Source: Ptychomitrium polyphyllum
Lineage: Eukaryota
Reading direction: 5' to 3'
Assembly (NCBI GenBank): GCA_973851085.1
Contig: OZ316775.1
Coordinates: 1,240,001 to 1,304,000 of the forward strand
Length of the DNA stretch: 64,000 bases
Shown here piece after piece: positions 52,324 through 64,000 of the stretch; the first letter of the stretch is position 1; each line of letters begins with the position of its first letter. A program made the position numbers and the translations under genes. A model generated the notes under the pieces. The model ran no database searches and was not told the origin of the DNA. It worked only from the letters and a program-made list of their open reading frames with translations.

Positions 52324-54227
52324 TTCTTCTCTTCAGAAGTGCAATATTTTTCTTCAGTCCTCCTCTCTTCTTCCCAATTTACGTCGTCAGTTCAGAGTAC
52401 TTGCTACACGAACGAAGTAATTGTTAGTCTGTCAATATATTAAGGTTCTGTGCTGGATGACTGCAGGCTAAATGTAGATACTGACCGGAGCATGGCAAGA
52501 ATAACACTGGGTTTATCCTTGTTGTTCTCTTTAAGCCTTCTACGAATATCATCGGGGTTGTCAGTCTTCAGGCTTCAGGTTTTCACCTGTATCAGTAGTT
52601 GTAAGGAACAAAAGGTTGCCTTTCAGTCTCCCACTGATGTAGTTCCAGTAGTTGGAGTGGATGTGACTCACGTGATCACAGATTATGGTTTTGTAAATTC
52701 CCACATTTTTCTAGTTTGGGGTAATATACGAGTGAATTACCGCACTATTTTCTAAGCATCTGTTTCTGGTGGTTTCGGGGAAATCCTATTTTGTACTCGT
52801 TCTAACGAATTAATTGCATGTTGACTTTTTAAATGGTCAAAACTATGTATGTAGAGCTTAAGAATCACGATAAGGGGTAAAGTGTCCTGTCCTAAGTATG
52901 AAAGGGCTGCATGAATGAGTCTTTTCAAATAGTTTTCTGGAGAATGAGATATGAATTTGGACACTTTGGTCTATATGGGCATTTTTGGGTTATGCAACCA
53001 ATGTGTAAGGGGTTACTGAAGGCTGTTGTTAAAACGACCTGAGACTCAGTTCACCTGGTATTTGTAATTTGTTTGATTAAGTTTTTGCTACAATCTCGCT
53101 TGAATTCCTGATGGATCATGTTGAACGCTATGTAAGTAAGCTTCTCCTACTGTGAATGTCACCAAACAATTGGACAGTAGTGTATAATGGAAAGACCACG
53201 GGAAGATCTGATGGTGAACGACTTTGGAAAGTGTGTTCTACCGATGCTCTTTTAGGACAATAACCTGTATTTAAGAATGCTGATTAATAATAGGCAAATG
53301 TTTTGTGATTGCAATTTATCCATTTATATTTTCAACCCTTAATGAAATCTATTGAAATCTTTAAATGCCGTGTTGTGCTCTATTGCTACACTCCACTCTG
53401 AAAGACCTTTTTGGTAGTAAATTTTTTAATAACACATGAATATCATCCATGCATCACATGAATATAGACCAAGTTTCCATTTATTTGTTGAAGAAAAAAA
53501 TTTCGTTTGTATTTTTGGTTTGTGACAATATCTTAAATTTTTTAAATTACAAATCTAATGGAAAATAATGGAAAATGATTTGATACCATCAAAAAACTTT
53601 TAACAAGGACAAGTACATGTTAATGGTTTTACAAGCTTTGAAACTATAATATAATACATACTAAATTCAAATTATATTCATTCAAAATTTTAAAAATTTA
53701 AAACCGCAAGAAATTTTAATTTTTCTACAAGGATTAGTATCTTTAAATTATTTATTTATTAAAGTATACTAATTTGATAGCAAAGGATTAAAATTTAGAC
53801 ATGTGTGAAATTTTCTTATAATTATCTAAGTAATACTTAGGTATCACATAAGTTCAGATTGGGCATAAATATTTATTACGTGGTTTCACTTAAATAGACA
53901 CAAATACTACCTGAATATCAACTACTTCAAATATGAAATTATTCAAACATTCCACAAATATTCTTAAAATACCTTCTTGCTTGAAGCACCTCTTTGCAAA
54001 AGATGAAGAGCCTTAAAGTTATCTTACACCTTCTCCTATAAATGAAGAAAAAAACAAAATATTTTAACTCAAAACATATTTGAGGTAGTGCCATACCACA
54101 ATAAAAGATGGAAAAATATTGAAATAATTAAGATAAATAAGTCCTTCTCCCTTGACCAACTCTTAGGTTGCTATCACAAGAGCACTCCTAAAATGACCAA
54201 CAAGAGAAAGACTTCCCCTCAATACTG

Positions 54228-54245
54228 CCACGTAGGCGGCCAATT
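54228..54245 (+). promoter_or_regulatory. CCACGTAGG element next to a CCAAT box upstream of the plastid gene
   Basis: gccacgtaggcggccaat about 270 nt upstream of ATG 54501. Confidence 0.35.
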
Positions 54246-54500
54246 TATATTTTCATCCATCGGCAGATCGCAGCTCTTCCGTCGTCGGCCCAGCCGGGTA
54301 TCACAGGGGTAGCGCTACAGCGTCACCGGATGGCGAGGCCATCGATGGGAAAGTGGATGTTGTCGCGAAGTCGCCGATACTCGCCGACGGCTGGGTTTGT
54401 GGCTCATGTGCTCTTGTGAGCTGCTGTGGGCTCTGCTTTGCTTCTCACACAGACACAGCCCATCGTTCGTCAGCAATTCCGTCCGGCGACGGCGACGGCG

Positions 54501-56975
54501 ATGGCGATGGTCTCCACAGCCACGCTGCTCCCCACCCCACGCGTCGCCGCTGCGCTCGCCTGCAGGCCTCGCTGCCGCGCTAGCGTCACCTCCGACACTC
54601 CTGTGCCTGTCAGGCAGGGCAATCAACAGTCCGCAGCTGATGGTGCCAGCGTCTCGCGGAACAGGTCTTCTCAGGTGCAGGGGGATGGCGGAGCTGGGGT
54701 TGGTAGGCGAGGCGTTATGGTGTCTGCCGCAGCTGCTGTTCTCTTGTTCGCTGTTCAGGATTCGAAAGGTGAGAGTCTGAGTTTGGGTCGTCGTCGGGCC
54801 TTTGAGGAAGCAGTATGTATGGAATTTTTCATGTGGCTGGGTGCTCATTAACGGGCATCTCCTCGTCCTGCGTGTATACAAGATGTTTCTTAGCTGAACC
54901 CTGAAATGTGGGTAGCATTCTTAGAATTAATGGCATTGATGGTTTTCTGTTTGAAAGAGCTATTAATATGACTGCCACTTTTCAGTACCCTAATTGGAGA
55001 CGTTCAGATGTACAGCTTATTGAATTCTTTCCAAAAGTCACTTTCCTGGAAAGAGATGTGATCATGATGCTCGTTGTAATCGTCCTTACGTGTTACATTT
55101 GAATGGTAATGGATAATCGTCATTTGTTTCCTTGTGAATGCAGCTGCTGATTCTGGAAACCCATTTAACAAGTATCTCAAGAGGTGGGCGCTCGCAAGTA
55201 TGTGGTTTTTGTATTTATTACAACTTGGGACTTTATAGAAAAATTGTTCATGCGAGTTCTTGCATCTCTAGTGGCACAAATCGAGGATATTTTTTGATGA
55301 TTGGTACAGGGACAAACAGCTGCTGAATTCCACATTGACACTAAATCAAGGCTGACTTTGAAACCATGGGAAGCTAAAATGTAAATTCAGGGTTATTGCA
55401 AATACAAACAATGGATTGTGGATTATTTTTGCAGATAGCTGTTACCGTTGTGGTCAATAACCTTGACATTGTCCTAGAGAGTAATCTGAGTCTTCTTAAG
55501 GAGTTTTTTTATGTGGCAACAGGAAGAAGCTCGATCCATTAGACACTTATGTACCGACAGTAGTGCTGGCACAGCTCCAATTTCAGGATGTTGGTATGTT
55601 ATCCCTACACGAAGTTCAAAACCTGAGTACATAGAATAATTGGTTGAAGTTTACATTTCTATGTTCTAGATGCTAGCAATTTACGTCAATTCATTAAAAC
55701 CACTATTTGTGTAATCTATGCTCTGTTTTTTCTTAAGACAGATAAGACAGTCTTAGCAGCAGGCAGGAGTTCAGAACATGTTGAGGAGCGGCGCAGGTCA
55801 TGACTATTGATTTTGAATATAATGCTTGTGATCATTGCCTTCAGACCATAATGTCGCTGTATATCATCTAATCAAGCTGCATAACTTGTGGCTTACAGAT
55901 GAGAAACTAGTTGGGGAGAAACCTGAGTTCTCCGATGCACGATCTTTGTTGAGATCTGGGCCTGCAGGTTCACTTCGCAGTGATATTCGAGCAGTATGTC
56001 TATGTTCCTAACTCCCAATACCTGTACAGCCTCTGATTTCGCAGCTTAAGCGCTTGTATGGAAAATATGTGATAGTTATATACTGGAGTTTTAGTTATGG
56101 TTACCTTTTGAGACCCAAAGTAAGTATGTGGCAGATTTTAGACAGCTGAACCTAATGAAAATGGGATTAGGTTGCACAATATGCAGCTGAGGCTGGTGAT
56201 GGCAAGACTGCTAACGAGGCAGTTGACCAATGTCTGAGGTGCGTTTGTCCTTTTCGCTAAACATTTCTGTACAGTTTTCATATGCTTTGAATTCCTCTTG
56301 ATCGCATTCACATCACGTTTGGTATATAACTCCTAGCACAAATCACCTTTTGGTGTTTTAACGAACGTTGACAGCACAAGCATTGCAAGGCACACCATGA
56401 TATAATTTAAGCTTTTGCTAAGTCTTCTTATCTTCTACGGCTTTACTCTTGTGCTACGAATCTTAATATTAAACAGTGCGTTGGAGGATCTGGACTCGTT
56501 GCTCTTGAGAGCAACACGAGAAAGTGGATCAGCATCTGTTAACGTTATGAAGACACGAGTCTCTACTGCTGTGACTGCATTAGACAAGTAAGCAACATTA
56601 GACAAGCAAGCTTTGTCTTTAGCAAGATTATACCAGAACCTTCTGAGTGCTACTGTAGTATCTGCTTGTTTGTTTACAAGGAGCTTGGAACATTGAGTTA
56701 GAGCGTAGGCAAAGGTTGATGTTAGTCATTCTACACGTGTGTAATAACAATAGCAGGATTCACTTAAACACGTCATGCTTGGAGTGTCGTTCGTGTCAGT
56801 TGTATGTGAACTGATGTGTGTTTGTGGTGTTGGCAGATTGCTAGCGACAGTGCCATCCAGCATCTTAGAGAAGGGTAAGGCAATTGCAACTGCCTACAGG
56901 GATCAAAGCACAACCAGCACTGACGGTAGTTTAGGATCCGAAGAGAGCCCTGATGAGCTCAAAGGGCTGTTGTAA
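54501..56975 (+). CDS. Conserved uncharacterised plastid protein, probably thylakoid-targeted (twin-Arg-like signal), helical, about 263 aa
   Basis: Exons 54501-54768, 55144-55183, 55523-55593, 55899-55993, 56171-56238, 56477-56587, 56837-56975 (792 nt, open and phase-consistent). Transit peptide, then GRRGVMVSAAAAVLLFAVQDSKA-A, then YLKRKKLDPLDTYVP...RSLLRSGPAGSLRSDIRAVAQYA...LEDLDSLLLRA...LLATVP. Confidence 0.85.
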
Positions 56976-58538
56976 TCTTATTCCATTTAATCTATTGAAT
57001 TACTCGCAACATATCACCACAAGGACTAGATGCACTTATCCTTTCTGAGGCTCTCCTTGGGCAATAATATAAAAGGCGACTTAAACATATTGCACAACTT
57101 TCTTGAGGCACATTCTGTTTGTGCACATACTTCATACACACGCATGCTTGATCTATTTCTTGCCACGCGACGATTTTTCTTTGGCATGTCCTTTTCAGAA
57201 TCCTTTCAAGATTGAGGTTTCTAACTCATGACGTGGCAGGTGTATGTAATCATAAACCCACGTCATCAAAAATGAGGTAAATGATGTCTGGTTGTAAGGA
57301 ATTCATACGACAGGACTTGGAGACACCTTGCGATTCACATACGAAAAATATGCGAAAACTAACTCCAGATTGCTTGATGTAATAAAAGATCTCTTCGACA
57401 CCGTGTAAAGCTGTCTACGATTGCAATGGGAGTGAGTGTGAGACAATGGGCTTCCTTCGAAAAGGAATCGGAAGTCTACGTGTGTGCTCTGCACAAGTAA
57501 GCTTTCCATCCACAAATATCTGATAACAAACCTCCCTTGCTGGAAGTCATCCAACATACTCACTTTAGATCTATCATGCTCTTAAGACCTTCTGCTTTCT
57601 GCAACGCTCGAGTCCAGAAGCACTGAAATTGTTATCAATCAGATGATCATACAAACAGAAATGTTCGCCATCAGATTTGCTAATGTGAGATGGCCAGGAC
57701 TTCCAAAAGCAACCCTTTTAATGGTTGAGAACTACCCAACCAAAAAAAATAATTAGCTCTTATAGATCAAAAGATGTGGAGTTTCTTATTAAGGGCATTT
57801 TAATGAATTGACTAAATTTGACAATATTTGTATCTGGTATTCTATTTTTTTATTTTCTTGATAAAACTTTCATTTTAGAAGTAGAATATTGGTCTATTGT
57901 TCTAGAGTTTACTGTTTTAGACTAACTTTTTTTTGAAGATTTCTACTCATAATTCTAAATTATGATTTTATTTTTTACAAAGATTAATTTTTAGTAATTG
58001 GTATGGAATTCAAAGAGACCTATAGTGTTGTTCTTTCTTTTTTCTTTTCATATTTCAATAACCATGACATGCTTTTACAAGTACAAATGCATGGTCCTTA
58101 AATATAAAAAAAAGCACCAAAATTAGCACTTGTCACATGTAATACCTTTTTAAAAATGGCCACACAGTACAATATGTTGTAACAAAATATTTTTATATTT
58201 TGTTAAACAAAACTCTATTTTCATCAATACATTTCACTACCACCATCAAAAATTTCAACATCATCCACGTTTTGAAGAAACTTAAAAAACCATTGACCTC
58301 TTCATCTATTTTGCTTCAGATTTTTCCTTAAATGCTTCATGGTGGCCTATTACTTTTGGTGCTATCTGGCAATTAAACGCCTAAAGAAACACCCAACCCC
58401 TTCCTGACAACCAAACGCCGTCATCGAAATAAATCATCCACGCCTTCTCATCGCCTTTGGATGAACCCATCCACCAACCAACCCGCACCCACCGCCCGAT
58501 GGTTCCTCAAGTTGCCGTCCGATTTCCTCGGAACCTAC

Positions 58539-58546
58539 CCACGTGG
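58539..58546. promoter_or_regulatory. Palindromic G-box CCACGTGG upstream of SDH2
   Basis: Exact octamer about 330 nt before ATG 58872. Confidence 0.35.
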
Positions 58547-58871
58547 ACCTCCCGTCGCCCTCAGATACAACAGTGAAGTGCATCGTAACCGTCCATCTGC
58601 CCAACACGGAAAGAAAAGTAAAATCTGTAGCTGGAAAGAAACGTGCGGGTGCCTTGGTGGTCGTGGAAGTTCTGATCTTTCCGCTGTTCCTTCCTGAATT
58701 ACGGTGCTGAATGCATCCGCGGGGCCATTTCGTAGCATTTCTGGAGCCTCTGTCGGCTCAAAATCGTTTTCTTTCACTTGGGTTGTCAATTTTGGTGCAG
58801 TGTGTCGAGAGCACGGGCGGCATTTAGGAGTTTGCGAGGTGGGTTTTGTTGGTTTGGGAGTTTGGGGAGCG

Positions 58872-60242
58872 ATGGGAGCGATCGGGAGGGCGGCGTCATC
58901 TGCCGCAGGCAAGGCGAAGGGTGCGATGACGTTCTTCGTGCGCTCGGTGTCGAGCACGAAGGCTGCGCCCATCACGATGAAGAGCCCGGACGAGCAATCG
59001 GACCCGGCGCCGGGAGTTGTCGCCACCAAGACCCCCAACATTAAGAACTTCGCAATTTACCGGTGGGATCCCGACCAGGGCGACAAGCCGTACCTGAAGA
59101 CCTACTCCATCAACACGAACGAGTGCGGGCCGATGGTGCTGGACGCGCTGATCAAGATCAAGAACGAAATGGACACCGGGTTGACGTTCCGGAGGTCGTG
59201 CCGCGAGGGAATTTGTGGGTCGTGCGCGATGAACATCGGGGGGTCGAACGGGTTGGCGTGCCTGACGCCCATTGAGCCTGACCCTAAGTCAGAGACCATT
59301 ATCTCGCCACTGCCGCACATGTACGTGATTAAGGATTTGGTGGTGGACATGACCCAGTTCTACTCGCAGTACAAGAGCATTGAGCCCTGGCTGAAGACGA
59401 AGAAGGGCGCGCCCGAGGGGAAGGAGTATTTGCAGACGAAGAAGGACCGGCTGAAGCTGGACGGCATGTATGAGTGCATCTTGTGTGCTTGCTGTACCAC
59501 CTCGTGCCCTAGCTATTGGTGGAATCCGGACAAGTATTTAGGCCCCGCTGCTCTTTTGCAGGCTCACAGGTTAGTGCCGTTCTGGAAACCATTTTGAATG
59601 TGTTATCAGTCTTTAATTGGCATTGCAGGTTCACGTGGTGAAAAACCTAGTGTCGTTGATTATTTTCTATTGGACTAGGTCATTCACAATTGATCAATGA
59701 TCGTTTTAGGTTTTAGTTTTCTTTTTTGTATGTGCCTAAGCTGTAGAGTTTGAGGTTTATTATCCACTAGAGCTCATGCATTCTCTGAATTTGGTTTTAT
59801 AAGGTCGTACGCATTTGATTGAGCAAAACCATGTGCACGAAGGCTGTCTCACATTACAGGAATAACGATTGTTGCATAAATTCTGAACGGTTTTTAGTTC
59901 ATATATTTCGTTTGTTACATGCTTTCAGTACAATACTTCCTGACTTTGTGGTTGCAACCGAGCTATTTAAGAGTAAGCCAGCTTGTTGAGACATTCGCTG
60001 TAGCGTTTCCAGGATAGATAGTGTGTCAATATATTCATCTGACCTTGTTTTTGCATTTGCACAATTGCAGGTGGATTGCAGACAGCAGGGATGAGTTCAC
60101 AGAGGAGAGGCTAGCGGCATTGGACGACCCGTTCAAGCTGTACCGATGCCACACCATCATGAACTGTGCCAAAGCGTGCCCTAAGGGCTTGAACCCTGGA
60201 ATGCAGATCGCTGGAATCAAGCAGAAGCAATTGTTCAGATAA
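58872..60242 (+). CDS. SDH2: Succinate dehydrogenase iron-sulfur subunit, mitochondrial, about 289 aa
   Basis: Exons 58872-59569 and 60071-60242 (870 nt). Fe-S motifs [35 protein letters not shown]. Ala/Ser/Lys-rich presequence. Confidence 0.97.
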
Positions 60243-62015
60243 ACAATGATGATGGGCTACACCTATTGGTTCTCCTGCTCGCCAGTTATCCATAAGGAAA
60301 CTACATTTAGGATGACATAGCTAGATTTTATTGTAAATGATTGTGCGAATCACCTCTGTTTACCAACGTTAGGTGTTGCGCCCAATGGATGCATTTTGTG
60401 CTTTGTGGAGGCATTCCAGGTATTCGACAGTGGTGCAGACTTAGCAATAATTGGATTATCTGCTTGCTGATATATTCTGTTATGGCTTCCAGTTACTTCG
60501 TCATTGAGAAGTATGAGAAGCTGTGCTAGGACATTTGTGAATTCTTGGAATCCCTTTCAATTGAGTTTAGTTACTCACTGTACATGAAGGGAAGGACTTC
60601 TAATAATTGCTCTTCTACTTCTGAAGGGATAATAAGAGTCTACATTTTAATACTTCCCTTTTTGGCTATTTTCACTGCTGCTACGTCTTGATCGACGATG
60701 CTTGGTCTGTTTGGGAGGCAGTCCCGTGTAGTGGTCATTGGGTCTCTGCTAAATGCGCCGAAACCTAGTTCTAGTACAATTAGTGGTGTGTATGTGTGAA
60801 CAGGTGTAGGGCAACTTATCAATAATCCACTTATAAAGTATAGGAGTGGATTATAAGTACAGAGGGTCTTTTTCACAAAACTGTTTTTGTGGTAAAAGAT
60901 GTGAGTATATCCTTAATGCTTGAAGGTAAATTTGTCATATTTTATGGAAAACAATGAAATTCGGATATTTTCATAGTACATAAGAAGCTCTATACTATAC
61001 ATGCATGCATTGGGCTTGCTTCATTTATATTTTGTATGGGTCTGTATTTGTTAAAAGAATTTCTTAGTTTGAAGTTATAGTTTTAAAGAATTAAATATAA
61101 TTTTGTTGATAATGTTACAATGAATATTTTATAGAAGAGATTTCAAACATGACATAAATCTAAGATTAACATCTTTTGAATTATAAATCAATTTTAAAGT
61201 CTATTTTTTAATGTATAGAACGAGATTAGCTTTAAGATTTATAATTCAACATGTAAATTGAGACTATTGAACAACAAGAGGTTAGAGGTGAGAATAAGGA
61301 GGTAGATAAATTCATTCCAAATTTTATTAATATGTATTAGAATTTGGAGGAAAATTGAGTTAGAAGTGATTTAGTGAAAATTGGATAACATTCATCAATA
61401 ACACATATTACTTTAGGTTGTAAAATATTGTTCATCCATTTCTATCCACCAATTTAATAACTCAAGGTAAAAAGCATAGTATTATAAAAGCAAGGATTGC
61501 TATGGATAAAATTTGATTTTCTTACAAATTCATGTCTCATTGTCCATTCACATTTAAAAGAAGTGTATATGGAAGAGGAGTTGAGAATGGAGGCTCTCCA
61601 CTACACTCTTTACCAACCAATAATCCACATAAGTCATTTTCCAAAAAATTGCATATGACAATAAAACCTTTATTACAATATAAAAATAGAATTATCGACA
61701 AACATGTTTATCAATGATACTTTTCATTGTTCTAAAAACCAACAAATGAAATTACAATTTACTTCAATCCATAATATGAATAATGTAACAAATAAATAAC
61801 CATGATAACTTTATTTATTTTCTTTTTCAAAAATGTTCTTTTATATATGTAATCAAGGGATATCACCTTCTACATTTGCAAGACCAATATAGGCATATAA
61901 AACCAAAAAATGCATTCATTTTTACCCACAATCAATTTTGATCATCCTCACTCCAATCACATTGGAAGCAACTAATACAACAATAAGCAGAAAATGGCAA
62001 AGAGCATGATAATAC

Positions 62016-63956
62016 CTGATAGGCAAGAAAAGTGAAAAGGAACTATTGGTAGGAATGTGACCAGATAGCTTATTGTATGATAGATCCCTGCAAAAGGTTG
62101 TGTCGATATAAGTAAAACAACCATCACATACCACGGTCGTAGGCATTTCTATGTAAATATGATGGAATATGGGAACCATCTGTAGGAAGACCTATGACAG
62201 GCTTCCAAAAATATGAAGACTGAGTAGTTTCATTGACTGAAGCCAAGTCACATTACATATGGGACTTACAGCACTTGCAGTCTCTGAATGGTAGTAAGTG
62301 AAACAGGAATAGAACCGTTCAAACTATTGTTGTTCAGTCGACTGTCCACCATAAACAATAAAAAGACGTGTTGGAATATATACAAAGTAATATTTTAAAA
62401 AAAATACAGACACAATTAGAAATTCAATAAAGAAATACGTATTCTTCAACTTGTGGATGAATAGGACATACAGATACGAAGACTTCTCAGCTGCCCAAGA
62501 CTGTCTAGTATAGTGCCTATAAGGCTGTTTTGATTAAGATCCATGCTGACAAGACTAGTTAAATTTCCCAGCTCATTAGGAATTGGCACTGTTAAGTTGT
62601 TTCCAGACAAATCCCTGCAATGGTGGTAGCAAAGATTGTACCAAGAACTAAAATTCAGCACTACAAGGCATAAGCTTTTTGTGGTTTGAACTCATTCAAA
62701 ATGGCAACTCAAATCTTTGATGACTAGGACGATTACATTTACAAACACAAGAGTATCAATCTTGTGTTGTGTTTGATCTAAATTGTAAGTTGTGATTGAA
62801 AGGTTCTGACGCTTAGCAATGCTCGACATACTTACAGATATTGCAGGTTCGTAAGGAACCCAACATCTGGTATCAATGTTCCCGATAAGTCATAACTAGG
62901 TAAATCCCTGTGGAAGACACAACAAATCACTGGCTTCGATGCAATATTGAGATATGCACCTACTTCCCTTTGGAGCAATTCATGGATTCCGTTCCAAGAT
63001 CAAAACAGCTAGAAGAAAAACTTGCTGTTTCTGAGATGAAATAGAACTGCTGCAAGGATCTTTGATGACTAATATCATATATTGGCTTGCGCTACACACG
63101 TCAGTGTCCAAGTTCAGCCTGGCTATCAGATTACGAAGGAATGTCAAACCTGAAGAGAAGAGGTGCAACAAGAAATGGACTTACAGTCGAACGACCTTAT
63201 TTCCCGCATCGCAGGTAACACGGGACCAAGTGCATGGATTCTCAATGTAATCATCCCAACTCTGTAGCACGTTGTACTGTCTATCACGTTCATCCGAAAA
63301 GCATAGAGACAATCGCCTGTATAGTCACAATTGCACTTCGTATCACAACCAGGTTTGGTAAAGAATTGAGAGTTTTCAAAATTGAGCGAATGTCCACGAA
63401 ATCGTTACGTCGTCTACCAAGTCCAGTGAATGGCACTAAATTAAGCTGATCGATCCACACGGGCAAACCACTTCACTCTAATCAACCATCAAACACTTTC
63501 CTACCTGGAACGCAATCCACGTTCGCTATTCCAGAAATACGATTCTAACACAAATTAAAGCGACTATTTAGATCAAACAGATTTGACTATCCGTATGAAG
63601 GCATCTCAAACAAAGTAACGGGAGCACAATAACCACGTTCTAATGCTGCAAGCTGAACCTGCAACTGTAACTACAATTGTGGATAGCTCAAATGAAGAGT
63701 GACCATGCCACTTCGTACTGGCATTCAAGCGAAAAATCGTTACATTATCAGTGCACAATCAACTCAAACCGTAGCTAGAGTTGCCAGCCTGTTGTCCTTT
63801 AGATCCTCTGCCAGCCACTGACGAGACTCATTGCACCCTCAAGTATCCCAAAATGGAGCTAGTGCACGAGAGAGATTGAACACACCTTCCAGGTTGCCCC
63901 TGGCCCCGCCAGACATCATAGCGATCAAAAAAGGGTAAAATGAGGGGGGAAGTCAT
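62016..63956 (-). pseudogene. SERK/LRR-II-type (or LRR1-like) gene: ectodomain exons only, frameshifted
   Basis: SERK-type exon layout: signal exon ending GNLE-G (to 63886), 63316-63185 (NVLQSWD...NPCTW; 132 nt where phases need 133), 62907-62836, 62614-62472 (143 nt where 144 is needed), 62341-62270 (RLNNNSLNGSIP), 62087-62016 (DLSYNKLSGHIPTNSSFSLFLPI). No SPP, TM or kinase exon is seen downstream. Confidence 0.8.
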
Positions 63957-64000
63957 TCATCCCACATGAGGCATGGCTACGAGGAACTCTAGAGAAATGA

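Noticed and set aside
58704..58871. N-terminal extension of the SDH2 ORF
   Set aside because: Starts at a non-ATG codon; the first ATG at 58872 gives a plausible presequence.

Overview
Intron-containing land-plant nuclear DNA, most consistent with a moss or other bryophyte (inferred from gene content and divergence, not from a search). GC-rich genic islands alternate with very AT-rich spacers, and there is one 100-N assembly gap. Exons were assembled by hand from splice sites and phase checks. Apparently intact genes: a non-RD LRR receptor kinase resembling the FLS2/LRR-XII group, fibrillin FBN5, a bacterial-type GT2 glycosyltransferase with an added N-terminal membrane anchor and stem, two divergently oriented DUF679/DMP genes, a VAMP72 R-SNARE (GC-AG intron, unusual luminal tail), a 7-exon plastid protein with a twin-arginine-like signal, and SDH2. 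Four disrupted genes lie among them: a GDSL lipase, a fasciclin-like protein (not evident from the ORF track), a family-1 UGT and a SERK-type LRR gene. No tRNA, rRNA, CRISPR array or intact transposon was recognised. The best leads are the chimeric GT2 (possible horizontal transfer), the RRxL/RRLL motifs on the extracellular side of both the receptor kinase and the VAMP, the DMP pair, and the pseudogene density.
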